Shown here: positions 1 to 11,834 of the stretch, piece by piece | How the letters are laid out: every line of letters begins with the position of its first letter | Numbering within the stretch: the first letter of the stretch is position 1 | Origin: Malacoraja senta | Taxonomy: Eukaryota | Reading direction: 5' to 3' | Assembly (NCBI GenBank): GCA_038087875.1 | Contig: JAXLNO010005841.1 | Location: 3,844,001 to 3,908,000 of the forward strand | DNA length: 64,000 nt | The notes under the pieces: generated by a model | Database searches by the model: none | The model's input: the letters and a program-made list of their open reading frames with translations, nothing else | What the model was told of the DNA's origin: nothing | Made by a program: the position numbers and the translations under genes

Positions 1-3000
1 CCGAAGCTGGAAGAAGCTAGCTTTTACCACGGGATTGACTTGTTTGACAAATTTCAACGCTGAGTCAAATATCACGCCAAGGTTGTTGACGTGAGATTTG
101 AGTAATGGGGTAAGGCTTACAAGGCTGCCTGCTATCGTTTTGATTGAGTCCGAGGGGCCGAGAAGGATGACCTCAGACCTACTCTCGTTTAAATGGAGGA
201 AGGACTGGGCCATCCAGCACTTTATATCCTCGAGGCAGTGGATAAGATTAGGTAGATTTGATCGGTTGTTGGGCTTCAGGGGGAGTTAGAGTTGTGTATC
301 GCCTGCATAGCTGTGGAAGGACATGCCGTGCCTTTCAGTGACTTGGCTTCCACAGCATTCGTGAATTAGGCCTGTGTCCATGTTGGCTAACTCGATGGAT
401 CGATGCCAAATGCAAAATAGCTCGAAAAGCAGAAATATTTGTATTACAAGACCTATCAGAGCCAGTTTCAAGAACAGGGTGTTTGCTTGCAAACCTGGCG
501 GGGCACAGCTGCACAGGAGGAGTGTATCCAAGAAATGGGCCAAGTGAACAAATGCCTGTTGCAGCGGCGTTCATGACGCACGCACGGATACCAATTGATC
601 AACGTTCAGGACCAAGAGGGAAAGTTTCAAGGATGTTAAAATAAAGGAATATTGGATGGGAACTAATACATTTACCAAAATGGTAACAAAATGAAGGTTT
701 GGCAAGATGAATTCAGACAGGAACTTTGAGGATTGTAAACAAAGTCGGAAATCACTCATGTTGGACGTAAAAAGAGCATAAGGAACGTCGTGAACAGTCA
801 TTACCAAGTCAAAGTAAAGGAAATCCTAAGGCATATTATACACATATTAAGAATCAACTGGGTAACTGGGAAGAGGTTATAATTTCTCCATATTAAAGGT
901 GGGAACATTTGCTCGGAGTCCGAAGATGTAGGCCAGCGACGAAACCACTACTTTGCTTCGACATTCACCAAGGAGAAGGTCAGCGGGATCAAAGGGGGGA
1001 ATATTATTATGTCATGCTAATTGAGATCAAGGAGGAGGTGGAAGTGTACTTCTTGAAGAGCATTAAGTTGGATAAGTCAAATGGGCCTGATCGGACGTAT
1101 CTCGGATAACATGAAAAGGCGGGAGAGAGTAGGTTGCTGGGTCTTGGTCAATAGACATGAAATAGACAGGACGATAGATGACTTTCTGTGGAGTGATTGA
1201 TGAGTGGTAGTTTATTTTAATTTGGTATTGACCGGTATCTAACAGATGTATTGAAAAGTGTTTTGTTGCCTGCTAACCAGTCATCGAAATGCCTATACAT
1301 GATTACAATGAAGCTGTACACAGTGCACAGATACAGGATAAAGAGTTTAGGATTTAATTCAAGTAAAATCCGAATGAAGATAGGCAAAGGTGTCCAATGA
1401 GGTAGATGGGAGGTCAGGAACGCACTATAGCTGGTGAGATGATGGTTCCGTAGATTCATAACACCTGTGAAGAAACTGTCCCTGAATCTGGATGTTTGCG
1501 TTTTCTAACATGTGTACCTCTTGTCTGATGGAAATGAATTGTGTGATACCGGTCCACGATTAAGCTAGTGACCATGCCGATGCAGCGTGAAATGTAGCTG
1601 GAGTCGATTGAAGGGAGTTTGTTTGGCGTGATGGTCAGGGCTACGTCCACAATTCTCTGCAATTCCTAGCAGTCTTGCATGCAGCTGTTCCTCAAACATT
1701 TTGCGATGCACACCGAGCAGTTGCTTTCTACGGCGCATCTGTGTGTGTTTTAGTGGTATGATGGGAACATGCAGAACTTACTAAACCTTCTATAACAAAA
1801 TAGTGGCGATGTTATGATTTATTGGGCATTACTTCACTGTGGCTGGTCCAAGACAAATTGCTGGTAATATTTAATCCTAACAATTTTTATTCTCAATTCA
1901 TTTTAACTTATTGTCAAGTGTGCCACGGTACAGTGAAAATATTGTCTTGCGTGCTATCCCGTCAGCATAAACTCAATACATGATTACATGCGAGTCATTT
2001 AGTTTGTATATACATGATAAGGGGATAATGTTTAGTGCATGGTTAAGCCAGCAAAGCCCGATAAAGAATAGTACGAGGGACACCAAAGAGGTAGGTAGCA
2101 GTTCAGTACTTCTCTCTCTTTGTGGGGGATAATTCAGTTTTCTGAGAACAGCTGGGAAGAACTTGTCCCTGAAACTGTAAATGTGCGTTTGCACACTTCT
2201 TTATGTTTTGCCTCATCAGAATGGCGGACGAGGGAGTGTCCAGAGTGCGACTCGTTCTTGATTATGCTGCTGGTCTTGCCGAGGAAGCGTGGGTATAAAT
2301 GGAGTCAATCGAAGGGAGGTTGGTTTGTGTGATGGTCTGGGCTGCGCCCACAATTTTCTGTATTGTTTTGCGGTCTTGGGTTCCCAAACCGTAGTGATAT
2401 ATCGCGATACAATGATGTCTATGTTGCACATGTAGAAATTGGTGAGACTTGTTGGGGACATGCCGAATTTCCGATGCCTTCTAAGGAATTAGATGCGTTT
2501 GGTGTGCTTTCTTGGTCGTTGCTTCAATATGGGTGATCCAGGAGAATTTGTTGGTGATATTGACTCCTTGGTATTTGAAGTGTTCATTCATCTCTACGTC
2601 GGCACCGACAATGTAATCTGGGGTACTTCTTTACTTCCTGAAGGTCATAATCTCATTTGTCTTGCTGACATTGAGAGAAAGGGTGTTGTCTCGACACCAG
2701 GACGCGAGTTCTCAGTCTCCTTCCTGTACTATGTCGCATCATTATTTGATATCCTGCCCACAATGGTGGTGTCGGCCGCGAAGTTGAAAATTGAGTTAGA
2801 TTAGTACATGGATGCATAATCGTGGGTGTACGAGGAGTAAAGAAGGGGGCTCAGAAACCATCCTTGCGGAGTGCCCGTGTTGATGATTGTCGAAGAGGAT
2901 GATTTCCCCCTGATCTTTACTCATTGGGGTCATTTGGTCAGGAAGTCGAGGGTCCAGTTGCAGAGAACAGGACTGACACCAAAACTTCCGAGTTTGGCGA

Positions 3001-3715
3001 TAGCCTTGGATGGTATAATGGTATTAAAGGCAGAGGCACAGTGTGTGAATACATGTCTGAATTAGGTATCGCTCTTATCCAGGTGTTATAGGGATGAGTG
3101 TCGGGCTAGAGCGGTATTATCGTCCATGGACTTATTGTGGCGGCAGGCGAACTGCAGTGGGTCAAGGCCGCTGGTAAGACTAGATTTAAGGCGTTCCATA
3201 ACTAGCTTCTCAAAACATTTCACTATGATAAATGTCAAGGTGACTGGAGGGTAGTCGTTTAGGGATGAGATTTAGCTTTTCTTCAGCATTGTTATCATGG
3301 TGGTCTTCTTGAAGCAGGTGGGTAGTGAGAACGGTGATGGGAGAGATGAACGATGTCCGCTGGGTGGTTTGCACTGTTACTAAGTACACGGCCAGGAAAT
3401 ACATCTGGGCCAGTTGCTTTTCGTGGGTTTACCCTCAGGAAGGCCGATCGAACGCCTGCTACAATCATTCTGGGGAGGGGCACATTGTAGTCTAACGTGT
3501 CAGGTGATCACTTGGCCTTCTGCTCGAAGCGAGCATAGAAAGCTTAGGATCGCACTATCGCCAATGATGATACCTGGCCTTGCATTGCAGCCAATTATCA
3601 TATTCAGACCTTGCCACATTATCCGTGTGTCCGAGTGATTACACTAGGACTCAGGTTTGTCCCGGTATTGCCTCTTGGCATCCTTGATGGCTACGCGGAG
3701 ATCAAAGCGGGCCTC
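1..3715. repeat. Copy 1 of a near-identical segmental duplication (LINE fragments); left end runs off the window
   Basis: Matches 6913-10627 at a constant offset of 6912; ORF track duplicated (98/7010, 286/7198, 3414/10326); under about 20 substitutions seen by eye. Confidence 0.97.
2040..3715 (-). mobile_element. Rex1/Babar-type LINE RT fragment (copy at about 8950-10627, continuing at 10790-11150)
   Basis: Peptides RVNPRKATGPDVFPGRVL, FRDKFFPAVLRKLN, MIDFRK...VYIYGGEV and FRDSAANLNEYNNAVTDF. Confidence 0.8.
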
Positions 3716-3870
3716 CATGACTACGGGCGCTTGTCTGTATGGAGTTTGTACGTTCTTCCAGAGAACTGCGTGGGCTTTCTCCGGTAGCTCTGGTTTCCAC
3801 CCACACTCCAAAGATTGGTAAGATTGTAAATTGTCCCTTATGTGTGTTGGATATTATCAATGTGCGATTG
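3716..3870 (+). mobile_element. tRNA-derived SINE fragment; related copies at about 11180-11520, 18580-18750, 21590-21830, 34777-35060, 37540-37835, 45660-46180, 49870-50045, 50920-51130, 61860-62000
   Basis: Recurrent core tgtctgtayggagtttgyacgttctcc...gtaaattgtccc and (CTAAA)n tails. Confidence 0.85.
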
Positions 3871-4059
3871 CAGTTAGGGGTCGGTCGGGCTGTTGGCCGG
3901 ACGGCCGACCGACCGGTGGGTGCTGTGAGGGGTCGGTCGGGCCGTCGGCCGGCCGGTGTGTGCAATGAGGGGTCGGTGGGCTGTCGCCCGGCAGGTGGGT
4001 GCAATGAGGCGTCGGTCGAGCTGTCGGCCGGCCTGTGGTTGCTGAGAGGGGTCGGTCGG

Positions 4060-5341
4060 TGTAGATTAACTATATGTAGCAATGTTACAAAATTTTGAGA
4101 TTTAAAAAATAAAGTCTGCAATTTATCCCATCAGATAAAGCATAAAAATAAGTTTAATTTGACACCTAATTCACTTTCATATCTTCAGTATTAAAAAGGT
4201 TATGGCCATTTTCATACTCGGAAATTAGCATCTTGTTCCCTATTGCTTTTCCATTGATTTAACACAAAAGCTGTGATCGAGGACAGTCAAACGCCCATAA
4301 CTTCCTTAAAAATTAAGAGAACTGAAATAAATTTTCCGTTATTATAGATTGAAGCATTCAGAAACAAATATGAAACAATGTTACTTAGATGACATAAAAT
4401 TATAGCATATAATTAGTTAGTTACCTAATTGTAGCTAATTACAAAATTCAATTACTAGATCTAAATATCTATCAATTTCTTAAGAATAGATTAACATTTA
4501 TAAATAGCCTAAGTGTCCAAATAACATTCACACAAGAATTCACAATATAACATAATTTTTAAATTTCATTGTCATGGATTTACAGGCCAAATGGAAGGAA
4601 TTGAATGTTTAATACCTGTAAATTGATGGCCATTTAAATCATTTTACGAGTGAGGTTTTCTGGAACGCGATCATTTGGAACGTTGATTTGCGGTGAATTT
4701 AACCCCATATCGGCATGAAAAATTCTGCCGTTAGTTGGGGGAAAAGAATCACCGTTTCGCATTTAAAAAAAATGAATTAAAGGCTTCTTAAGAAGCACTT
4801 TTATACATTAAAATAAACTACTTTCGTTTACGTGCCCCGTGTGTGAAAATCGTCCTCGTTGTCGGCGTTGTTTCGAAGCTGATTTTAAAATAACTCCAGC
4901 GCTGACATTGTCCATTTAATAAAAATAAAAAATACACAAAACGCCCGTAGGAACGATTTTTCAGCAAACGCTTGTACTCCAACGAAATATAATACAGGAC
5001 AAGGTAGGAGAAACCTGCGTTTTAACCCCTCCCCCCCACCACAAAGGCGCCAACATCGCGCACACGGCCAGTGGCAGAATTGCAGCGCCGCTGAGGGTAA
5101 GTATTGTAACATACCTACTATATGAGCCTACCTTTCCTATATCTATCACCACACGTATTATGCATGCTGCACATTGCATATGTAGACCAGTCCGGATCTT
5201 CATCCCTATCACGGTTCTTCACCATCTCACGGTAAGATTGATGCTGATTACGGAGACGATAGCACGTAATGATTCCTCCGCTTGTGTTACAATAAAGGAC
5301 TATGAGTTGTTACTCCTCTGTATGGGTCTCATTACACAATA
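4060..5341 (+). mobile_element. Solo LTR, interrupted by a DNA transposon
   Basis: Starts TGTAGATTAAC like the Gypsy LTR at 27414; AATAAA near 5290; flanked by GTCGG direct repeats (4055-4059, 5342-5346). Confidence 0.7.
4076..5118. mobile_element. Non-autonomous DNA transposon with about 17-bp imperfect TIRs
   Basis: Left end gtagcaatgttacaaaa vs reverse complement of right end gtaggtatgttacaata; TATAT on both flanks; AT-rich non-coding interior. Confidence 0.75.
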
Positions 5342-5611
5342 GTCGGCCTGTCGGCCGGCCGGTGGGTTCTGTAAGGGATCGGTCGGGCTGTCGGCCGACC
5401 GGTGGTGCAGCGACGAGCGGGCGGACTGATGGAGCTTGCGCTATGGGGGTGCTGAATGCGGCCCTGGACCGAGCTGAGCAGCAGGGCGGAAGAGAGTGTG
5501 TCAGTCAGTCCGTCGGGCAGATAGCCGGCCGGTGGGTGCTGTGTGGGATCCGTCAGGCTGTCGGCCAGCCGGTGGTGCAGCGACCGAGCGGGTGGACTGA
5601 CGGAACCGGCA

Positions 5612-5780
5612 CTATGGGGTGCTGAAGGCGGAGCGGGCGGCGAGCAGGGCAATGCTGCTCCCCACCATCATCACCATGATGATCCAGAAGGGCATTTTGG
5701 CCGAGGTGGACACGCTGAGCAGCCGCACGTACGAAGCCCGCAGCCGGTCCCAAAGCGGCTCCATCTCCAGCCGTGGGCAG
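5612..5780 (-). other. Candidate orphan coding exon ending in a hydrophobic (TM-like) segment; identity unknown
   Basis: CPRLEMEPLWDRLRASYVRLLSVSTSAKMPFWIIMVMMVGSSIALLAARSAFSTP*; strong third-position GC bias; possible ccccccttccaaag acceptor; plus-strand shadow frame cannot be excluded. Confidence 0.35.
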
Positions 5781-6196
5781 CTTTGGAAGGGGGGCGAGTT
5801 TGGTTTCGGTTTAGGCATTTTCCTCTCAGTGGAACATGCCTCAGGCTTCCCCCAGCCTGGCACTGCCCCTGTCCCATAATAGCCGCGGCACCCACTCTGC
5901 ACACTGGTAGTCAGTGGGGTTCAGTAAACGGGGAAACGCACAGGAGCTACCCTCGCCCGTTAAATAGGTGGGTTCAGGACACGGTGAAACCCGGGACCTC
6001 AGCGGCAGTCTCACTCAACATAAACCTCCAGTCGACTCACAATTATATTCCTTATGTTATTTTATATAATATAATATATGTATAATTATATATAACTCCA
6101 GTCATATTCACATATTATATATATAGTATAATAATATATGATTTAAATAGACTGCAGCACGGAATTACGCTCCCCATAAATTAATACGAGCATTGA

Positions 6197-6212
6197 GCAC
6201 TAGATGGCGCTA
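6197..6212 (+). promoter_or_regulatory. CTCF-like motif GCACTAGATGGCGCTA
   Basis: Close match to the CTCF core consensus; motif only, no binding evidence. Confidence 0.4.
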
Positions 6213-6235
6213 CCTTTTTTGATCCAATTTTCTCA

Positions 6236-7480
6236 AGTCGTCAAGTCGTCACTTTTATTTCTATAGCACATTTAATAAACAACTCTCGTTGACCAAAGTG
6301 CTTTACATTGGTGGAGTTACTAACGTTATACAACAGTGGTTCATGGATTTAATACACACATAAATACATACATATAGCCCTCCCTCAGAAGACGTCAAGA
6401 ATGGCTTGAGAGTAAAGATGAGTTTTAAGTCTCGAATTAAAAGAGTCGATGGAGGGGGAAGTTCTGATGGGAAGAGGGATGCTGTTTCATAGTCTAGGAG
6501 CTGCAACTGCAAAGGCGCGGTCGCGCCTGAGCTTAAGCCTAGACCGCGGGATGGTCAGTAACCCCAAGTCGGCCGATCTGAGGGACCTGGAGGTGGTGTG
6601 GTGGGTAAGCAGACTTTTGATGTAGGTTAGGGCAAGCCCGTTAAGGGCTTTGTAAACATAAAGAAGGATCTTGAAATATATTCGGAACCGCAAAGGGAGC
6701 CAGTGGAGAGAGGACAGAATCGAGTGGCGTGGTCCCTTTTTCGGGTTCCCGTCAGGAGTCTCGCTGCGGCGTTTTGGACCAGTTGCAGGCAGGACAGGGA
6801 AGATTGGCTGATGCCAGTGTAAAGGGAGTTGCAGCAATCGAGGCGGGAGGAGATAAATGTGTGGATGATCTTTTCGAGGTCGTCAAATTGGAGGAATTAT
6901 TCTAACTATCGTCCGAAGCTGGAAGAATCTAGCTTTTACCACGGGATTGACTTGTTTGACAAATTTCAACGCTGAGTCAAATATCACGCCAAGGTTGTTG
7001 ACGTGAGATTTGAGTAATGGGGTAAGGCTTACAAGGCTGCCTGCTATCGTTTTGATTGAGTCCGAGGGGCCGAGAAGGATGACCTCAGACCTACTCTCGT
7101 TTAAATGGAGGAAGGACTGGGCCATCCAGCACTTTATATCCTCGAGGCAGTGGATAAGATTAAGTAGATTTGATCGGTTGTTGGGCTTCAGGGGGAGTTA
7201 GAGTTGTGTATCGCCTGCATAGCTGTGGAAGGACATGCCGTGCCTTTCAATGACTTGGCTTCCACAGCATTCGTGAATTAGGCCTGTGTCCATGTTGGCT
7301 AACTCGATGGATCGATGCCAAATGCAAAATAGCTCGAAAAGCAGAAATATTTGTATTACAAGACCTATCAGAGCCAGTTTCAAGAACAGGGTGTTTGCTT
7401 GCAAACCTGGCGGGGCACAGCTGCACAGGAGGAGTGTATCCAAGAAATGGGCCAAGTGAACAAATGCCTGTTGCAGCGGC
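6236..7480 (-). mobile_element. L2-clade LINE, degenerate 3' ORF2 fragment (also partly at 1-570)
   Basis: Minus-strand peptides LHWLPLRFRIYFKILLYVYKALNGLA...DRAFAVAAPRL, NNLGVIFDSALKF and HSYAGDTQL (YADD relic). Confidence 0.9.
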
Positions 7481-10400
7481 GTTCATGACGCACGCACGGA
7501 TACCAATTGATCAACGTTCAGGACCAAGAGGGAAAGTTTCAAGGATGTTAAAATAAAGGAATATTGGATGGGAACTAATACATTTACCAAAATGGTAACA
7601 AAATGAAGGTTTGGCAAGATGAATTCAGACAGGAACTTTGAGGATTGTAAACAAAGTCGGAAATCACTCATGTTGGACGTAAAAAGAGCATAAGGAACGT
7701 CGTGAACAGTCATTACCAAGTCAAAGTAAAGGAAATCCTAAGGCATATTATACACATATTAAGAATCAACTGGGTAACTGGGAAGAGGTTATAATTTCTC
7801 CAGATTAAAGGTGGGAACATTTGCTCGGAGTCCGAAGATGTAGGCCAGCGACGAAACCACTACTTTGCTTCGACATTCACCAAGGAGAAGGTCAGCGGGA
7901 TCAAAGGGGGGAATATTATTATGTCATGCTAATTGAGATCAAGGAGGAGGTGGAAGTGTACTTCTTGAAGAGCATTAAGTTGGATAAGTCAAATGGGCCT
8001 GATCGGACGTATCTCGGATAACATGAAAAGGCGGGAGAGAGTAGGTTGCTGGGTCTTGGTCAATAGACAGGAAATAGACAGGACGATAGATGACTTTCTG
8101 TGGAGTGATTGATGAGTGGTAGTTTATTTTAATTTGGTATTGACCGGTATCTAACAGATGTATTGAAAAGTGTTTTGTTGCCTGCTAACCAGTCATCGAA
8201 ATGCCTATACATGATTACAATGAAGCTGTACACAGTGCACAGATACAGGATAAAGAGTTTAGGATTTAATTCAAGTAAAATCCGAATGAAGATAGGCAAA
8301 GGTGTCCAATGAGGTAGATGGGAGGTCAGGAACGCACTATAGCTGGTGAGATGATGGTTCCGTAGATTCATAACACCTGTGAAGAAACTGTCCCTGAATC
8401 TGGATGTTTGCGTTTTCTAACATGTGTACCTCTTGTCTGATGGAAATGAATTGTGTGATACCGGTCCACGATTAAGCTAGTGACCATGCCGATGCAGCGT
8501 GAAATGTAGCTGGAGTCGATTGAAGGGAGTTTGTTTGGCGTGATGGTCAGGGCTACGTCCACAATTCTCTGCAATTCCTAGCAGTCTTGCATGCAGCTGT
8601 TCCTCAAACATTTTGCGATGCACACCGAGCAGTTGCTTTCTACGGCGCATCTGTGTGTGTTTTAGTGGTATGATGGGAACATGCAGAACTTACTAAACCT
8701 TCTATAACAAAATAGTGGCGATGTTATGATTTATTGGGCATTACTTCACTGTGGCTGGTCCAAGACAAATTGCTGGTAATATTTAATCCTAACAATTTTT
8801 ATTCTCAATTCATTTTAACTTATTGTCAAGTGTGCCACGGTACAGTGAAAATATTGTCTTGCGTGCTATCCCGTCAGCATAAACTCAATACATGATTACA
8901 TGCGAGTCATTTAGTTTGTATATACATGATAAGGGGATAATGTTTAGTGCATGGTTAAGCCAGCAAAGCCCGATAAAGAATAGTACGAGGGACACCAAAG
9001 AGGTAGGTAGCAGTTCAGTACTTCTCTCTCTTTGTGGGGGATAATTCAGTTTTCTGAGAACAGCTGGGAAGAACTTGTCCCTGAAACTGTAAATGTGCGT
9101 TTGCACACTTCTTTATGTTTTGCCTCATCAGAATGGCGGACGAGGGAGTGGCCAGAGTGCGACTCGTTCTTGATTATGCTGCTGGTCTTGCCGAGGAAGC
9201 GTGGGTATAAATGGAGTCAATCGAAGGGAGGTTGGTTTGTGTGATGGTCTGGGCTGCGCCCACAATTTTCTGTATTGTTTTGCGGTCTTGGGTTCCCAAA
9301 CCGTAGTGATATATCGCGATACAATGATGTCTATGTTGCACATGTAGAAATTGGTGAGACTTGTTGGGGACATGCCGAATTTCCGATGCCTTCTAAGGAA
9401 TTAGATGCGTTTGGTGTGCTTTCTTGGTCGTTGCTTCAATATGGGTGATCCAGGAGAATTTGTTGGTGATATTGACTCCTTGGTATTTGAAGTGTTCATT
9501 CATCTCTACGTCGGCACCGACAATGTAATCTGGGGTACTTCTTTACTTCCTGAAGGTCATAATCTCATTTGTCTTGCTGACATTGAGAGAAAGGGTGTGG
9601 TCTCGACACCAGGACGCGAGTTCTCAGTCTCCTTCCTGTACTATGTCGCATCATTATTTGATATCCTGCCCACAATGGTGGTGTCGGCCGCGAAGTTGAA
9701 AATTGAGTTAGATTTGTACATGGATGCATAATCGTGGGTGTACGAGGAGTAAAGAAGGGGGCTCAGAAACCATCCTTGCGGAGTGCCGGTGTTGATGATT
9801 GTCGAAGAGGATGATTTCCCCCTGATCTTTACTCATTGGGGTCTGTTGGTCAGGAAGTCGAGGGTCCAGTTGCAGAGAACAGGACTGACACCAAAACTTC
9901 CGAGTTTGGCGATAGCCTTGGATGGTATAATGGTATTAAAGGCAGAGGCACAGTGTGTGAATACATGTCTGAATTAGGTATCGCTCTTATCCAGGTGTTA
10001 TAGGGATGAGTGTCGGGCTAGAGCGGTGTTATCGTCCATGGACTTATTGTGGCGGCAGGCGAACTGCAGTGGGTCAAGGCCGCTGGTAAGACTAGATTTA
10101 AGGCGTTCCATAACTAGCTTCTCAAAACATTTCACTATGATAAATGTCAAGGTGACTGGAGGGTAGTCGTTTAGGGATGAGATTTAGCTTTTCTTCAGCA
10201 TTGTTATCATGGTGGTCTTCTTGAAGCAGGTGGGTAGTGAGAACGGTGATGGGAGAGATGAAAGATGTCCGCTGGGTGGTTTGCACTGTTACTAAGTACA
10301 CGGCCAGGAAATACATCTGGGCCAGTTGCTTTTCGTGGGTTTACCCTCAGGAAGGCCGATCGAACGCCTGCTACAATCATTCTGGGGAGGGGCACATTGT

Positions 10401-10627
10401 AGTCTAACGTGTCAGGTGATCACTTGGCCTTCTGCTCGAAGCGAGCATAGAAAGCTTAGGGTCGCACTATCGCCAATGATGATACCTGGCCTTGCATTGC
10501 AGCCAATTATCATATTCAGACCTTGCCACATTATCCGTGTGTCCGAGTGATTACACTAGGACTCAGGTTTGTCCCGGTATTGTCTCTTGGCATCGTTGAT
10601 GGCTATGCGGAGATCAAAGCGGGCCTT
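6913..10627. repeat. Copy 2 of the segmental duplication
   Basis: Same alignment as above; similarity stops after gatcaaagcgggcct. Confidence 0.97.
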
Positions 10628-11834
10628 TATGTCCCGCTAGGGATCCTTTGACATTTTCGCAGAAAACCGGACCTTAACCTGTGAATGTACCTCACGATCG
10701 GCACAAGAAGCTGAGGTTACTCAGCGGGTCAGACAGCACCCCTGGGGAAAAGGAATAGGCGACGTTTCATGTCCAGACCTTTCTTCGGAACTCGCGGTTC
10801 ATCCGTGGTTTCCGGATGGGGAAGACTTTTATTTACTTCGACGGCGCACAGCCGCACACGCACTCGCTGGTGAAATCAGTCACGGCATTGTTGTACTCAT
10901 TCAGGTTCGCTGCGGAATCCCTGAATATGAACCTGGGGAACTTAGATGGAGATAGGGTGAACTTTAAATTTTCGATCATATGTACTTCGCCGCCATAAAT
11001 GTATACCGTGCTCGCGGTGTCTGTATTTCTTTGCTTCCTGAAGTCAATCACAATATCCTTTGTCTTTGGTGACGTTGAGTGAGGGGTTGTTGGCTGTGCA
11101 CCAGGTTACGAGGTTCCCAATCTATCTCAGCATGGTTTGATTGCACTCATGTGTGGTCTATTTTAGTATAGTTTAGTTTAAGGATACAGCGCGGATACAG
11201 GCCCTTCGGGCCACCGAGTCGGCACCGATCATAAATCCTCGCACAATAAAACAAGTCTACGCACACGAGGGACAATTCTAAACTCATACCAAGTTTAAAA
11301 AAAAGCAATCAAATTAACCTGCAAACCTGTAAGTCTTTGGAGTGTGTGAGGAAACCGAAGATCTGGGAGAAAACCCTCCAGGTCATGGGAAGAACGTGCA
11401 AACTCCGTACAGACAGCACCCGGAGTCAGGATGGAACCCGGGTCCCTGTCGCTGAAAAAGCTGTAAGGCGGCAACTCTACCGATGCGCCACCGTGCCGCA
11501 ACTCTACAAGGATAGGACGCAAACAAATGTATCTCTGTATCTCGGCACACGCGACAGCAATAGCTAATATGAATGTATTAATACGTTTATTGGCTAAGTA
11601 TTCACATAAAAGGAACTTGCCTTGTTGCTCCGCCCACAAGTGACAACATGACATACAGTGAAAGTTAAGAATGAAACATTAATAATAAAACATTATTGAT
11701 TAAACATGTGAAGTAAATCAAATACCAGAGCGAAAGAAGGCAACAGATTTTTGGTTATTGAGTAGAGCTACTACTCGTGGAAAAAAACTGTTTATATGTC
11801 TGGCTGTGACAGCTTTGATAGTCAGGAGTCGCTC

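Larger units (their letters stand above)
3878..5600. repeat. GC/CpG-rich degenerate GTCGGCCG/GGTCGG repeat, split by an LTR insertion (arms 3878-4059 and 5342-5600)
   Basis: Same ggtcggtcgggc(t)gtcggcc motif iterated on both sides of the insertion. Confidence 0.75.
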
